From IMG/VR virus record IMGVR_UViG_3300020592_000003, positions 1 through 31,435 of that record: a stretch of DNA of 31,435 bases; one strand, given 5' to 3'. This stretch comes from a virus (taxonomy: Duplodnaviria; Caudoviricetes). Within the stretch, counting starts at the first letter, position 1. Each line of letters begins with the position of its first letter. Below the pieces are notes generated by a model. It was not told the origin of the DNA. It saw nothing but the letters and a program-made list of their open reading frames with translations, and searched no databases. A program made the position numbers and the translations under genes. Below, piece by piece: positions 18,401-26,283 of the stretch.

Positions 18401-18529
18401 CGAGCGGATCTTAGGCGCGCACGGATGCTTGTCCCAGGGCAAAACCTGTTTTATGTTCGCGGTCTGTTTGATCAGGTAGAGGAAGCGGTCGGCGAGGGCC
18501 TTGGACTTCCGGAGAGACGGACCAATTGA
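15482..18529 (+). CDS. Large internal virion (DNA ejection) protein
   Basis: 1015 aa, helical with hydrophobic patches; QFKSF motif near the C-terminus; position. Confidence 0.75.
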   Translation: MPFIEERRSPADLVNIAPPDMPDNPDPSLGETFGAAFRTQNVVGSFLSSRGQPDPYRIEPDFDAIDYVKDDPEFSPYVQEFAGIFNREAADAKKEQIKRELADQRTIEAAGVTGVIASMAAGVVDLPTLLVPGSVVSTGVRATGSIAVGTAIGAGLDATVSELGLQATQATRTAEESAINIGGSVVLGGALGALVGRYLSPKATVGLSRRIEGQERAFEEFDQAFINTGGASAGAAARERGPLTLKDEAIIKRLPGINRQDPLIRSQLSPYATAREAVRRMAETPLEYAENAQGVATELGGSVETRIKMWNAPLAKTLREIDTLYARYYHGTPEPSAWQRTLSPALSELDRVRGGQKLTYKQFKEEVGRAAYMGDTHEIPEVAQAAKYYRELDEAMKKAAIEARLFPEDVGVAGDISHRFRVYNREKIVARRNEFTDILFDYFRGARDAAAKTDVGAAVDDTARRAALQAEEFGRLSDAELKGVVDEVIDTILGNAEGRIPYDIVAGPRGPLKERVLKIESAKIHEFLENDIETVLRMQMRTMAPDVELAKKFGDVNLTEEIRKINDEANAAIANAKTQKERQAFERDRKAAIRDIKAIRDRLRGTYALPSDPSSLVVRAGRVARNLNYVRLLGGMTLSAIPDMAKVVFTHGLISTFRDGFLPLISNFRKYRLASDEVKLAGTALDMVLDSRTMAMADITDDFGRHSKFERGLSAISSKFGVVSLMAPWNAAMKQFAGVVTMTNILRAAERVATGAAEKGDVRKLAASGINLDLAKRIATEFAEHGERGEVWLAQTGAWADRQAAEAFRAAVVRDVDRIVVTPGQDKPLWMSTELGKTVGQFKSFAVSSMQRTMLAGLQQRDAAVLNGTLLMLGLGAVTYAVKEKAAGRELSDDPRVWAVNALDRSGLTGWLMEANNISEKATRGRVGLSAVSGEQVSRYASRNVYGAFLGPSADAVADIFQVSGSIFAGDTTRADLRRARMLVPGQNLFYVRGLFDQVEEAVGEGLGLPERRTN

Positions 18530-18762
18530 CAGCCTTCGCCCATTCACTCCTTGCAATGTTTTCACTATTTGTCGCGCCGCTTGCCGGATGGGTGTCGATC
18601 CAAGCGCTCAGGGATCACGAGCGTTCGTTGGCCCTGAAAAGTGGCCTGCTTTGCATCATTGCTGCAATGCTGTGGCTTAGCGCCCCAAAGAACGAAACTC
18701 GCTATTCGGACAACTGCTTCATTGATTGGGATGCCCGATCTAACGCGACAGTGTGTGACTAA
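18526..18762 (+). CDS. Two-TM membrane protein (78 aa)
   Basis: TTGA overlap; two hydrophobic helices and a Cys-containing C-tail. Confidence 0.55.
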   Translation: MTAFAHSLLAMFSLFVAPLAGWVSIQALRDHERSLALKSGLLCIIAAMLWLSAPKNETRYSDNCFIDWDARSNATVCD

Positions 18763-19034
18763 CGACTCTCTGTCCTTATCGCCTGTAAGGATAGTTCATG
18801 CTGAAGAGCAAGTGTACCCAGTTGATCCACTTTGCGTTCCAGTTCTTTAATCCTCGCCTCTTGCTCTGAGATAATTTGCGTCTGCTCGTTGTGTAGGCAG
18901 ACTAGGCGGTCAACTTCTCCGAGCAGTTTATCTGTAGCGGTCGCACTCATCTTAAGCATTGCATAGTTGGTGCAACTAGCGTGGGCAGGGACCGCGGCAA
19001 CCGTCAGAGCGAGCGTTAATAGTGATCTATGCAA
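18759..19034 (-). CDS. Secreted coiled-coil protein (91 aa), moron-like
   Basis: GGAGG 5 nt before TTG at 19034; signal peptide ending AHA|S; two Cys; heptad-like C-terminal half. Confidence 0.65.
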   Translation of the reverse strand: MHRSLLTLALTVAAVPAHASCTNYAMLKMSATATDKLLGEVDRLVCLHNEQTQIISEQEARIKELERKVDQLGTLALQHELSLQAIRTESR

Positions 19035-19080
19035 GAACTCCTCCATTGAGAGGATGAAACAGTAACGAACTGCGAAATGC

Positions 19081-19107
19081 AAGAGCCGCTCTCTGAGGCG
19101 GCTTTTT
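19081..19107 (+). terminator. Intrinsic terminator
   Basis: AAGAGCCGC..GCGGCTTTT hairpin with T-tract. Confidence 0.7.
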
Positions 19108-19141
19108 CATTGCCCGAACATCGGCCTTGGGCAAGCCGACC

Positions 19142-19178
19142 CGGCCCGCTGTGACAGCGCGCCAGTCCCTTAGATGGA
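19142..19178 (+). promoter_or_regulatory. Conserved leader hairpin motif upstream of the tailspike (copy 2)
   Basis: Matches 6881-6917 at 28/37 positions. Confidence 0.65.
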
Positions 19179-19189
19179 GCCCTCCATAC

Positions 19190-21601
19190 ATGACTGTCAC
19201 GAACGAGAACCGGTCCGTCACCTATAACGGAGACGGAAGCACCACTGTGTTCCCTGTTGCCAATGACGGCGTAATCTACTTCCTTCAGGCGACCGATCTG
19301 CTTGTTACGCTGATCGATGCCGATGGAACGGAGCATGTTCAAGCTCTGACAACCAACTACACGGTGTCGGGCGCAGGGGATAAAAACGGCGGTTCCGTGA
19401 CGATGCTTACGCCGCCTGCTGCAGGCCAGAAGCTGCGCATTGAGCGGATAGTGGATATTCTCCAGCCGACCAACTACCCCGAGAACACCAAGTTTCCTGC
19501 TGCCTCGCATGAACGCGCGCTTGATCGTCTGACGATGATCGACCAGCAGCAGCAGGGCGAGATCGACCGCGCTCCTAAGTTCTCCGAGACGAGCGGATTT
19601 AAGAACGTTGAGCTACCCGCGCCGGAGGACGGTAGGGGCATCAAGTTCGACGCCGAAACGGGCAAGTACGTCAACACGACGTTTGACCCAGATCAGGCAC
19701 AAGCGGATGCTGAGGCAGCAAAGGAAGCTGCCGAGGCGGCAAAGCAGGCGGCGGAAAACGCACAGGAGGCAGCTGAGAACGCAGAGATAGCAGCAGAGGC
19801 CGCCGCCGCTGATGCGGAGCAGTCCGCAGCATCCTCTGCCGGCACTGTCCCTATATCTAACAGGTCGGCGCTTAAGGCGCTTAATACCACGGCGAGGAAG
19901 GCTGCGGTCATCTATGATGAGGGTGGCCGCAACGGCTTCTTCCTTTGGCGGGAAGGCGATTACTCCGCTCAAGTTGCCGCCGACACAGCAGAAGGCATCT
20001 ACATCAAGGCAGATGGGGTTGCCGCCACGTCCGGGGCATGGGTCCGCGACTTCAAGCTCCCGGCCAAGGCATCTTGGTTCGGGGCTGATCAGGCGGCAAT
20101 CGAAGCCGCCCATGCCGTTGTCGATGAGATGCTGATCGACCGGCCGGTTGCAATCACCTCGACGGCGACTTGGCCGAACGGGAAGAACTATCTCTTCGTC
20201 AATGGCGGGCAGCTGGACATTGCCAACGGCGTAACTCTCACCATTCGCGGTCAGGTTTCCGCTGGTGTTTGGAAAGGCTTGCCGTCCTCAGCGCCGCGCA
20301 AGATCTTCAATACCACCGGTACAGGAAAGGTGGTCGGGCTTCGCTACACGAGGCCCGAATGGTGGGGTGCTCTGAGAAACGGCACGTCGGACGACGCCCC
20401 AGCCTTCAACGCCGCCCAGCAGTGCATGGAAGAATCCATGTCATCGGATGGAGAAATATGTTTCGAGCTATCGGCGGGGAGCTACGGCTTAGGCCGTTCT
20501 GTTAAGTCCACCGTGAAGTCCAACTACCGGCCTGTCTGGAGAGGTCAGGGAAGTACCGGCGCGACGATGCTCGTTGCGCTGGCGTCGTTCTCGACAGCGA
20601 ACGGAACGGCGGCAATTCAGCTCGGCGGTGGAGCGTCTGAGATAACATTCGATGGTTGTCATATTGCTGGTTTCCGGCTGGTCCCCCAAGCTGGTACGAG
20701 CGCCTCGACAGGCGTTCTTGTCGGCGGCTCTGCGGCGACAATCCATGCGGGGTCTCATAACGCCGGCATCTTCGAAGACGTGAATGTCTATGACTTCGAT
20801 ACGTGCTGGAGGATCAAGAACGCTCGGCTGTTTACTCTTCGAAAGGTAGGGGGCTGGGTCCAGACGAACGACAACGCCTACGCGCTCGAGATAGAAGCCA
20901 TTAACGGCGAAACCACTGCCGACTTGGAAATCGAGAACTGCCAGTTCGTCGCGTCGGCTACCGGTGCCACATCCATGCGGATCAACGGGTTTGGGACCAA
21001 TTCGCTGCTTACGGGCATCCGGTTGCCTGGTACAATTTTTTATAACGGCGGCATCACCATATCGTCCTCTAGCGGGGCACGTGTGTGCGATGTCTGGTTC
21101 GATGGCGGCTGGCAGCTCGACGTGTTCCGCTCCCCGATACAGATTGCCTGCGATGGCGCGACGTCCCAGCTCTATAACCTCAACTTCAATAACGGCTACT
21201 TTGCTGGTGCGCTCAGCGGGAATGTGATGGCGTTTAACATTTTCACCGCCAACAGTGGGAAAGTGCGAGGTGTGCGGGTGCGGGGGAACACATTCATCAA
21301 TACACAGGGCGACGTTGTGTTCGCCAACGGCAATGTTCAAGGATATTTTGTCGAGGACAACGTGTTTATCGACGCTGAAGGAGGCAACTTGATCACAGTA
21401 GGCTCCGGTGTTTCCGGGGCGGTTGTGACTGGTAATATTGTCGCACGCCATTTTCGAACGGTCACCGCAGACGCCCTGGTTGCAACTCTCTCGGGCGCAA
21501 ACTACTATGCCATCCGCAACAACATGACAAACGGGCTTGCTGCGGCGGCGGTTAACGACGCGGCGGTAGGAGCACAGCGGATCGTGGACGGAAACTTATA
21601 G
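19190..21601 (+). CDS. Tailspike/tail fibre with right-handed beta-helix (putative depolymerase)
   Basis: N-terminal YNGDGSTTVFP / E.ALDRLTM..QQ anchor; Ala/Glu coiled coil; WWGA..NG..DDAPAFNAA beta-helix start; Asn/Gly-rich repeats; GGAG RBS before ATG 19190. Confidence 0.88.
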   Translation: MTVTNENRSVTYNGDGSTTVFPVANDGVIYFLQATDLLVTLIDADGTEHVQALTTNYTVSGAGDKNGGSVTMLTPPAAGQKLRIERIVDILQPTNYPENTKFPAASHERALDRLTMIDQQQQGEIDRAPKFSETSGFKNVELPAPEDGRGIKFDAETGKYVNTTFDPDQAQADAEAAKEAAEAAKQAAENAQEAAENAEIAAEAAAADAEQSAASSAGTVPISNRSALKALNTTARKAAVIYDEGGRNGFFLWREGDYSAQVAADTAEGIYIKADGVAATSGAWVRDFKLPAKASWFGADQAAIEAAHAVVDEMLIDRPVAITSTATWPNGKNYLFVNGGQLDIANGVTLTIRGQVSAGVWKGLPSSAPRKIFNTTGTGKVVGLRYTRPEWWGALRNGTSDDAPAFNAAQQCMEESMSSDGEICFELSAGSYGLGRSVKSTVKSNYRPVWRGQGSTGATMLVALASFSTANGTAAIQLGGGASEITFDGCHIAGFRLVPQAGTSASTGVLVGGSAATIHAGSHNAGIFEDVNVYDFDTCWRIKNARLFTLRKVGGWVQTNDNAYALEIEAINGETTADLEIENCQFVASATGATSMRINGFGTNSLLTGIRLPGTIFYNGGITISSSSGARVCDVWFDGGWQLDVFRSPIQIACDGATSQLYNLNFNNGYFAGALSGNVMAFNIFTANSGKVRGVRVRGNTFINTQGDVVFANGNVQGYFVEDNVFIDAEGGNLITVGSGVSGAVVTGNIVARHFRTVTADALVATLSGANYYAIRNNMTNGLAAAAVNDAAVGAQRIVDGNL

Positions 21602-21613
21602 TTCTGGGGAGGG

Positions 21614-22372
21614 GTGGAGCAGGTGACCGCAGCAGTAGAGATGGCTCAACAATATGCTCGGTCTCACGCTCAAGGGTCTGTGCCTGACTATGAAAGCTTG
21701 CTGGAGCGGGCGTACAGTCGCCTGCTCAAACCAGGCCATGTCGTCATTGACATTGGAGCCCACGGCGGACGGCACACAGAGCCTTTCCTAGCAGCCGTGG
21801 GCCCGCGTGGTCGCGTCTTTGCCTTCGAGCCATTGCCGCACATGGCTTCTGCACTCTCCTCCAGATTTTCCCGCATTTCCAACTGTTCGGTCTATGCGAA
21901 GGCGCTAAGTCGTACCCCAGGCAGAGCAGCCTTCACCTTTGTTCGCAATGCACCCGAAGAGTCAGGACTACGCCGGAAGGCTTACAATATCCCCGACCCT
22001 GAAACCGAGACGATCCAAGTTCCGGTGAGCACACTCGATAAAGAGTTTCGGTGGCGGTGGAGGCTGGACTATATCAAGATCGATACTGAGGGTGCAGAAA
22101 TAGACGTGCTTGAAGGCGGCCGCAATCTTATCCGCCGTTGCAGCCCAATCATCAGTGTCGAATACGGACGTCCCGCCTACAGCGCTTACGGCCACACGGC
22201 AATGACACTTTACGAGCAGGCCCGGTCCATGGGGTACGTCTTGGGAGATTTGTGGGGCAACCCCATAAGAACTCCTGAAGCATGGCAGAAAGTTTGCGAT
22301 GCGGCCTATTGGGATTATTTCATGATTCCAGAGGCCCGTATCGATGAATGGTCGCGAGCGCTGAAGTCATAG
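21614..22372 (+). CDS. FkbM-family SAM-dependent methyltransferase
   Basis: VIDIGAHGG, FAFEP, LDYIKIDTEGAE..VL.G motifs; exact start uncertain. Confidence 0.88.
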   Translation: MEQVTAAVEMAQQYARSHAQGSVPDYESLLERAYSRLLKPGHVVIDIGAHGGRHTEPFLAAVGPRGRVFAFEPLPHMASALSSRFSRISNCSVYAKALSRTPGRAAFTFVRNAPEESGLRRKAYNIPDPETETIQVPVSTLDKEFRWRWRLDYIKIDTEGAEIDVLEGGRNLIRRCSPIISVEYGRPAYSAYGHTAMTLYEQARSMGYVLGDLWGNPIRTPEAWQKVCDAAYWDYFMIPEARIDEWSRALKS

Positions 22373-22402
22373 CGCACGTACCACCAACTAGGTCTGCCTC
22401 GC

Positions 22403-22428
22403 AGCCGCCTCCGGGCGGCTTTTTCTTT
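22403..22428 (+). terminator. Intrinsic terminator
   Basis: AGCCGCC-TCCG-GGCGGCT followed by TTTTCTTT. Confidence 0.85.
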
Positions 22429-22439
22429 GGACGTCGCGA

Positions 22440-22637
22440 ATGACACGGCTTCTCGGCTCCCTCTCTCGCGCTCTCAACTACTGGACGGGCGGGGAGAGGG
22501 GAGAAAGCCTTTGTGGTCGATTCTGCCGTGTCTATGGCTCTGATGCTCTGATATGCCGCTTCATTGATTGGGTGCTAGGCGACCACCATTGCCTGGACGA
22601 GTGCATTGCGCATCTGCGGAAGAGGTCGGGGAAATAG
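22440..22637 (+). CDS. Small phage hypothetical protein (65 aa)
   Basis: LN..TGG...ES...R...ID.....HC pattern recalled from small phage late proteins. Confidence 0.65.
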   Translation: MTRLLGSLSRALNYWTGGERGESLCGRFCRVYGSDALICRFIDWVLGDHHCLDECIAHLRKRSGK

Positions 22638-22642
22638 CCGAT

Positions 22643-22656
22643 TATAACCGGTTATA
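22643..22656. promoter_or_regulatory. Perfect 14-bp palindrome TATAACCGGTTATA (operator-like)
   Basis: Directly visible; AT-rich intergenic position. Confidence 0.5.
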
Positions 22657-22677
22657 GCACCTTCTCCCTATAAATGA

Positions 22678-22775
22678 GGTTGGCGGGCCGGGGCGCAACT
22701 CCCGGCTTTCGACGCGGGTTCCCCGAATGATGCTCTTCGGGGGCCGTCCGCTCAGCAGCATCGCCGCCGCCAACC
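22678..22775 (-). ncRNA. Putative tRNA-like structured RNA, element 3
   Basis: Minus strand: GGTTGGCGG/CCGCCAACC closing helix; GACG..CCCCGAA..TTCGGGG..CGTC arm; GCCGGG-AGTTGCGC-CCCGGC T-like hairpin; TGcTATGGT extended -10 just upstream (22781-22789). Confidence 0.6.
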
Positions 22776-22814
22776 CTGAAACCATAGCAAATCAAGCAAA
22801 AAAAGGGAATCCCG

Positions 22815-23441
22815 ATGGAGAGTAATTTCCAGCGGTCGCTCTCGCTTGTCCTCAAGTGGGAGGGCGGTTTCGTCAACCATCCTAAAGATCCTGGCGGCGC
22901 GACCAACAAGGGGATCACCCTTGCGACCTTCCGCCGATACATCGACAAGACCGGTACCGTGGACGATCTGAAACGCATCACGGATGCCCAGGTAGCAAAG
23001 GTCTATCGTGAGCAATACTGGGATGCGGTGAAGGGGGATGATCTCCCAAGCGGTGTTGACTACGCCGTCTTTGACTTCGCCGTGAACTCTGGACCATCGC
23101 GAGCAGCCAAGTATCTGCAAGCCGCAGTAGGCGTGACACAGGACGGCAAGATTGGCCCCGTCACCATCGCCGCCGCGAAGCGCATGAACGCTGTCGATCT
23201 CGTCGCGGCGATCTGCGCCAAACGCATGGCCTTCCTCAAGGGGCTGAGCACCTGGCCGACCTTCGGCAAGGGCTGGACGAACCGCGTCAATGACGTGGTG
23301 CGGGAGGCGGCAAAGATGGTGTCGGAAACACCGACATCACCGCAGCCCGCGCCCGAAACGGGAATTCCCGCTTCGCCCAAACCATCCCTCCTTTCCCTTC
23401 TCCTCTCCTTCCTCTCCAAGCTGTTCAGGAGGTCCAAATGA
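22815..23441 (+). CDS. Endolysin, glycoside hydrolase family 108 with PG-binding domain
   Basis: EGGFVNHPKDPGGATNKGIT, FDFAVNSG, DGKIGPVT, FGKGWTNRV. Confidence 0.95.
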   Translation: MESNFQRSLSLVLKWEGGFVNHPKDPGGATNKGITLATFRRYIDKTGTVDDLKRITDAQVAKVYREQYWDAVKGDDLPSGVDYAVFDFAVNSGPSRAAKYLQAAVGVTQDGKIGPVTIAAAKRMNAVDLVAAICAKRMAFLKGLSTWPTFGKGWTNRVNDVVREAAKMVSETPTSPQPAPETGIPASPKPSLLSLLLSFLSKLFRRSK

Positions 23442-23641
23442 GCGGCCCAATAGCTCGAATCCTACTGCGCTATATCGCAGGCGCACTCGTCGCCAAGGGT
23501 ATCCTAGACCCAGACGGTGCGGCCTTCCTCAACACAGACCCTGACCTGATCGAGCTCGCTACCGCCGCGGTCGGCGTCCTTGTCGGGCTCGGCACCGAAT
23601 ATGCCTATCGCCTAGCCAAGCGTCTGGGTTGGGCGACATGA
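23438..23641 (+). CDS. Putative holin
   Basis: 67 aa; RILLRY.AGALV..G; two hydrophobic segments; coupled to the endolysin. Confidence 0.7.
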   Translation: MSGPIARILLRYIAGALVAKGILDPDGAAFLNTDPDLIELATAAVGVLVGLGTEYAYRLAKRLGWAT

Positions 23642-23877
23642 CAGCGCTTCTGCTCTCCTTCCTCTCAAGCCCGACAATGCTCGCTATCGGGGGCGGTCTC
23701 GTCGCCGTCATTGTGGCCTTCATGAAGGGCCGTACATCGGGGGCGGCACGAGAGCGGCAGAAGCAAGCCGGTGAGCGCCTCAAGGCACGCGCCGAGGCCG
23801 ATAGAATCGATGATGAACTGTCGCGCATGGAGGCTGACGATTTACGCGAGGAGTTGGCGAAATGGTCAAAACGCTAA
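23638..23877 (+). CDS. Putative i-spanin (Rz-like)
   Basis: N-terminal TM followed by a charged helix; overlaps a lipoprotein gene. Confidence 0.7.
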   Translation: MTALLLSFLSSPTMLAIGGGLVAVIVAFMKGRTSGAARERQKQAGERLKARAEADRIDDELSRMEADDLREELAKWSKR

Positions 23878-24062
23878 CTCTCGTTGTGCCAATTGGCATG
23901 TTTCTGCTCTCTGGATGCCAAACGACAGGCGGTTCATTCTGTGATCTCGCCAAGCCAATTCGCCCCACCCGCCAACAAATCGATCAACTAACAGACGAGC
24001 AAGTCAACCGACTGCTCGGACACAATCTTCGGGGACAACGCCTATGTGGGTGGAAGCCATGA
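23862..24062 (+). CDS. Putative o-spanin lipoprotein (Rz1-like)
   Basis: Lipobox LSGC; C...PI; terminal CGW. Confidence 0.75.
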   Translation: MVKTLTLVVPIGMFLLSGCQTTGGSFCDLAKPIRPTRQQIDQLTDEQVNRLLGHNLRGQRLCGWKP

Positions 24063-24223
24063 TGGAGCGCGCTACCAACGCCATAGCAGCTGGGGCCGTG
24101 GCCTCTCCGTGGTGGCTTCCTTCTCTTGCTGACGTGTCTCAATTCGCGGGGCTTCTGCTCCCAATCCTGGGCGTGATCTGGCTTCTGGTGCAGATCATCA
24201 CAAAGCTTCTCGACCGGAAGTAA
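24059..24223 (+). CDS. Small holin-like membrane protein (54 aa)
   Basis: MMERATNAIAAGAVASPWWLPSL...LLLPILGVIWLLVQIITKLLDRK; ATGA coupled; below the track cutoff. Confidence 0.7.
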   Translation: MMERATNAIAAGAVASPWWLPSLADVSQFAGLLLPILGVIWLLVQIITKLLDRK

Positions 24224-24247
24224 TCCCTCAACACATAGGAGGCCCGC

Positions 24248-24865
24248 ATGAGGGCTCTAATTGCCGTGGTGGCGCTCGCCGCTGCGCTCCTAACCGCGTG
24301 CTCGCTGCCAGCGCGTCACGCTCCTGCCGATGCCATGGTCAAGGTCATCACCAAAGGCGGCCATGGCTCTGGGTTCCACATCGGGAATGGATACCTCATT
24401 ACTGCGGCCCATGTGGTTGGGGTCGCTGAAAAGGTCTCTCTCAAAACATCGCTAGGGGGATCGACAGAAGCCGAAGTGCTTTGGAGCAACAAGGCCTATG
24501 ACATCGCCCTCCTACGCTTGTCGGGCCCGGCTGAGTTGCAGACCGCGCCGCTAGTCTGCCGCGTGCCTCAGATTGGCGAGGCTATCACTGCAAAGGGCAA
24601 CCCGGTCACCGCAGAGTTCATCACTGTGTGGGGGAGGGTGGCCGGATCTGAACGGGAGATGGGGCCATGGCGCTCGGTTGTCGTGACAAACATCGCGACT
24701 GTTCCGGGCCAGAGCGGTGGACCTGTCTTCGACGCCGGGGGCAATGTCATTGGCGTCACAGTCGGCGTAATGGCTTCTCCGGTTGGCTTCAGTGTTTCGC
24801 TGGTTGGGATCGGCTACGTGGTCCCGGCCCGAGCGGTGTGTGATCTTCTCGCGCGGGGTGCTTGA
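24248..24865 (+). CDS. Trypsin-like serine protease, predicted lipoprotein
   Basis: AGGAGG RBS; lipobox LTAC; triad TAAH, DIAL, GQSGGP. Confidence 0.88.
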   Translation: MRALIAVVALAAALLTACSLPARHAPADAMVKVITKGGHGSGFHIGNGYLITAAHVVGVAEKVSLKTSLGGSTEAEVLWSNKAYDIALLRLSGPAELQTAPLVCRVPQIGEAITAKGNPVTAEFITVWGRVAGSEREMGPWRSVVVTNIATVPGQSGGPVFDAGGNVIGVTVGVMASPVGFSVSLVGIGYVVPARAVCDLLARGA

Positions 24866-25854
24866 TGATCATCGAATCCCTGGATGAAGCGACCATCAAC
24901 AAGATCATTCAGACCTACAGAGAGACAGGAAACTATAGAGAGGCAGCGCGGCGCTGCGGAGTGTCTGACAGCACCGTGCGGAAGTATGTTGGCCGGGCCC
25001 GGACTGAGGTGCGATACACACCCGACCTTGGCGATTTGGGAACAGGCAAGCCGCGCATCCGGGTCCGGGCTTACAACCCCAACATGACGCGGGACATGCA
25101 GGCGCGCCGCGTGATCTGCATCGGGGACATGCATCGCAAACCGGGACAGCCTCTAGACCTCATGCGCTGGATAGGGCGGTATGTGGCAGAGAACCGTCCT
25201 GACAACGTGGTGCAGATCGGTGATCTCCTCGACATGGAGAGCTGCGAATCCCACAGCGCTCCGGGGTCGGCGGCTCAAATGCAGCGACCGTCAGTCATGG
25301 ATGAGATCGATCACGGCGACGAATCCCTGAGCGAGTATCATAAAGAAGTCGGCGTCGGGGAAATCCCGCACGACGTCACGTTGGGCAATCACGAGTTCCG
25401 AGCGAACCGGCTTGAGGAACTAGCCCCCAATCTCGCCGGGACCATCACGCTCCAGATCGACCAACTGTTTTCCCGCTATCGGTGGGCCATCACACCCTAT
25501 AAGCACTGGATGTTCCTTGAAGGCGTGGGCTTCACTCATGTCCCGCTGAGTATCATGGGCAAGCCAGTGGGCGGCAGATACCCAGAGAACACAATCGGGA
25601 ATCAAGCCACGCATTCAGTGGTCTTCGGCCACACCCACCGCTGGAACCATGTCACCGTCCCAAAGATCGGCATCAACAACTCGATCACGGTAACGAACGT
25701 GGGTTGCGCGATGCCCTACGGGTACATCCCTCATTACGCCGATGGCTGCACGACTGGCTATTCCTATGGCATCGCGGATCTGCGGTTGCGCGGTGGCCGT
25801 GTCGAAAGTGCCAGCTTCATCTCAATGCTAGACTTGGCTGAGAAGTACGCATGA
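24865..25854 (+). CDS. HTH-fused calcineurin-like metallophosphoesterase
   Basis: N-terminal YREAARRCGVSDSTVRKY; GDMH, GD..D, GNHE, GHTH motifs. Confidence 0.88.
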   Translation: MIIESLDEATINKIIQTYRETGNYREAARRCGVSDSTVRKYVGRARTEVRYTPDLGDLGTGKPRIRVRAYNPNMTRDMQARRVICIGDMHRKPGQPLDLMRWIGRYVAENRPDNVVQIGDLLDMESCESHSAPGSAAQMQRPSVMDEIDHGDESLSEYHKEVGVGEIPHDVTLGNHEFRANRLEELAPNLAGTITLQIDQLFSRYRWAITPYKHWMFLEGVGFTHVPLSIMGKPVGGRYPENTIGNQATHSVVFGHTHRWNHVTVPKIGINNSITVTNVGCAMPYGYIPHYADGCTTGYSYGIADLRLRGGRVESASFISMLDLAEKYA

Positions 25855-26036
25855 GCGAACAGCAGGCTATCAAAATGTTCCTGGACAACGCCGGGGGCGA
25901 CCCTTTGGAGGCGCTCCGAATTGCGGTAAAATGCCTTGCAGTCTCAGGCCACTGCATAAGCGCCGGGTTCATCCGCAAGTCGCCCTATGACCATATCAAC
26001 CCACCAGAAGCACGACATGAACCGCTCGATGCCTAA
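25851..26036 (+). CDS. Hypothetical protein (61 aa)
   Basis: ATGA coupled; GD...ALR..V...SAG.IR pattern. Confidence 0.65.
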   Translation: MSEQQAIKMFLDNAGGDPLEALRIAVKCLAVSGHCISAGFIRKSPYDHINPPEARHEPLDA

Positions 26037-26283
26037 ATCTTCGGATGGCGGTCCGACCGACTATTACCGATTGCCCAAAGACGCCCGCGAACTGAATGAC
26101 CTGATCGAATTCAAGAACATGTCGTTCGCTCTCGGCAATATCTTCAAGGCCTGCTATCGCTTCGGAGAAAAGGATAGCGCTTCACGCCTCTACGATCTGA
26201 ACAAGATCATCTATTTTGCCGGTCGGCTGAAGGCGCTGGAAGAGCGCAGGCTTACTGCTTCGTCTTCCCCACAAGGTGAGTAG
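26029..26283 (+). CDS. DUF3310-like protein (related to the T7 gp1.7 C-terminal domain)
   Basis: YY, F.LGNIFKA.YR.G.K...DL.KII.F pattern. Confidence 0.65.
   Translation: MPKSSDGGPTDYYRLPKDARELNDLIEFKNMSFALGNIFKACYRFGEKDSASRLYDLNKIIYFAGRLKALEERRLTASSSPQGE

Noticed and set aside
19710-19830. Repetitive GCA/GAG-rich DNA
   Set aside because: Explained by the Ala/Glu coiled coil of the tailspike.
19190-21601. Diversity-generating retroelement or invertible tail-fibre system
   Set aside because: No reverse transcriptase, template repeat or invertase seen in the window.
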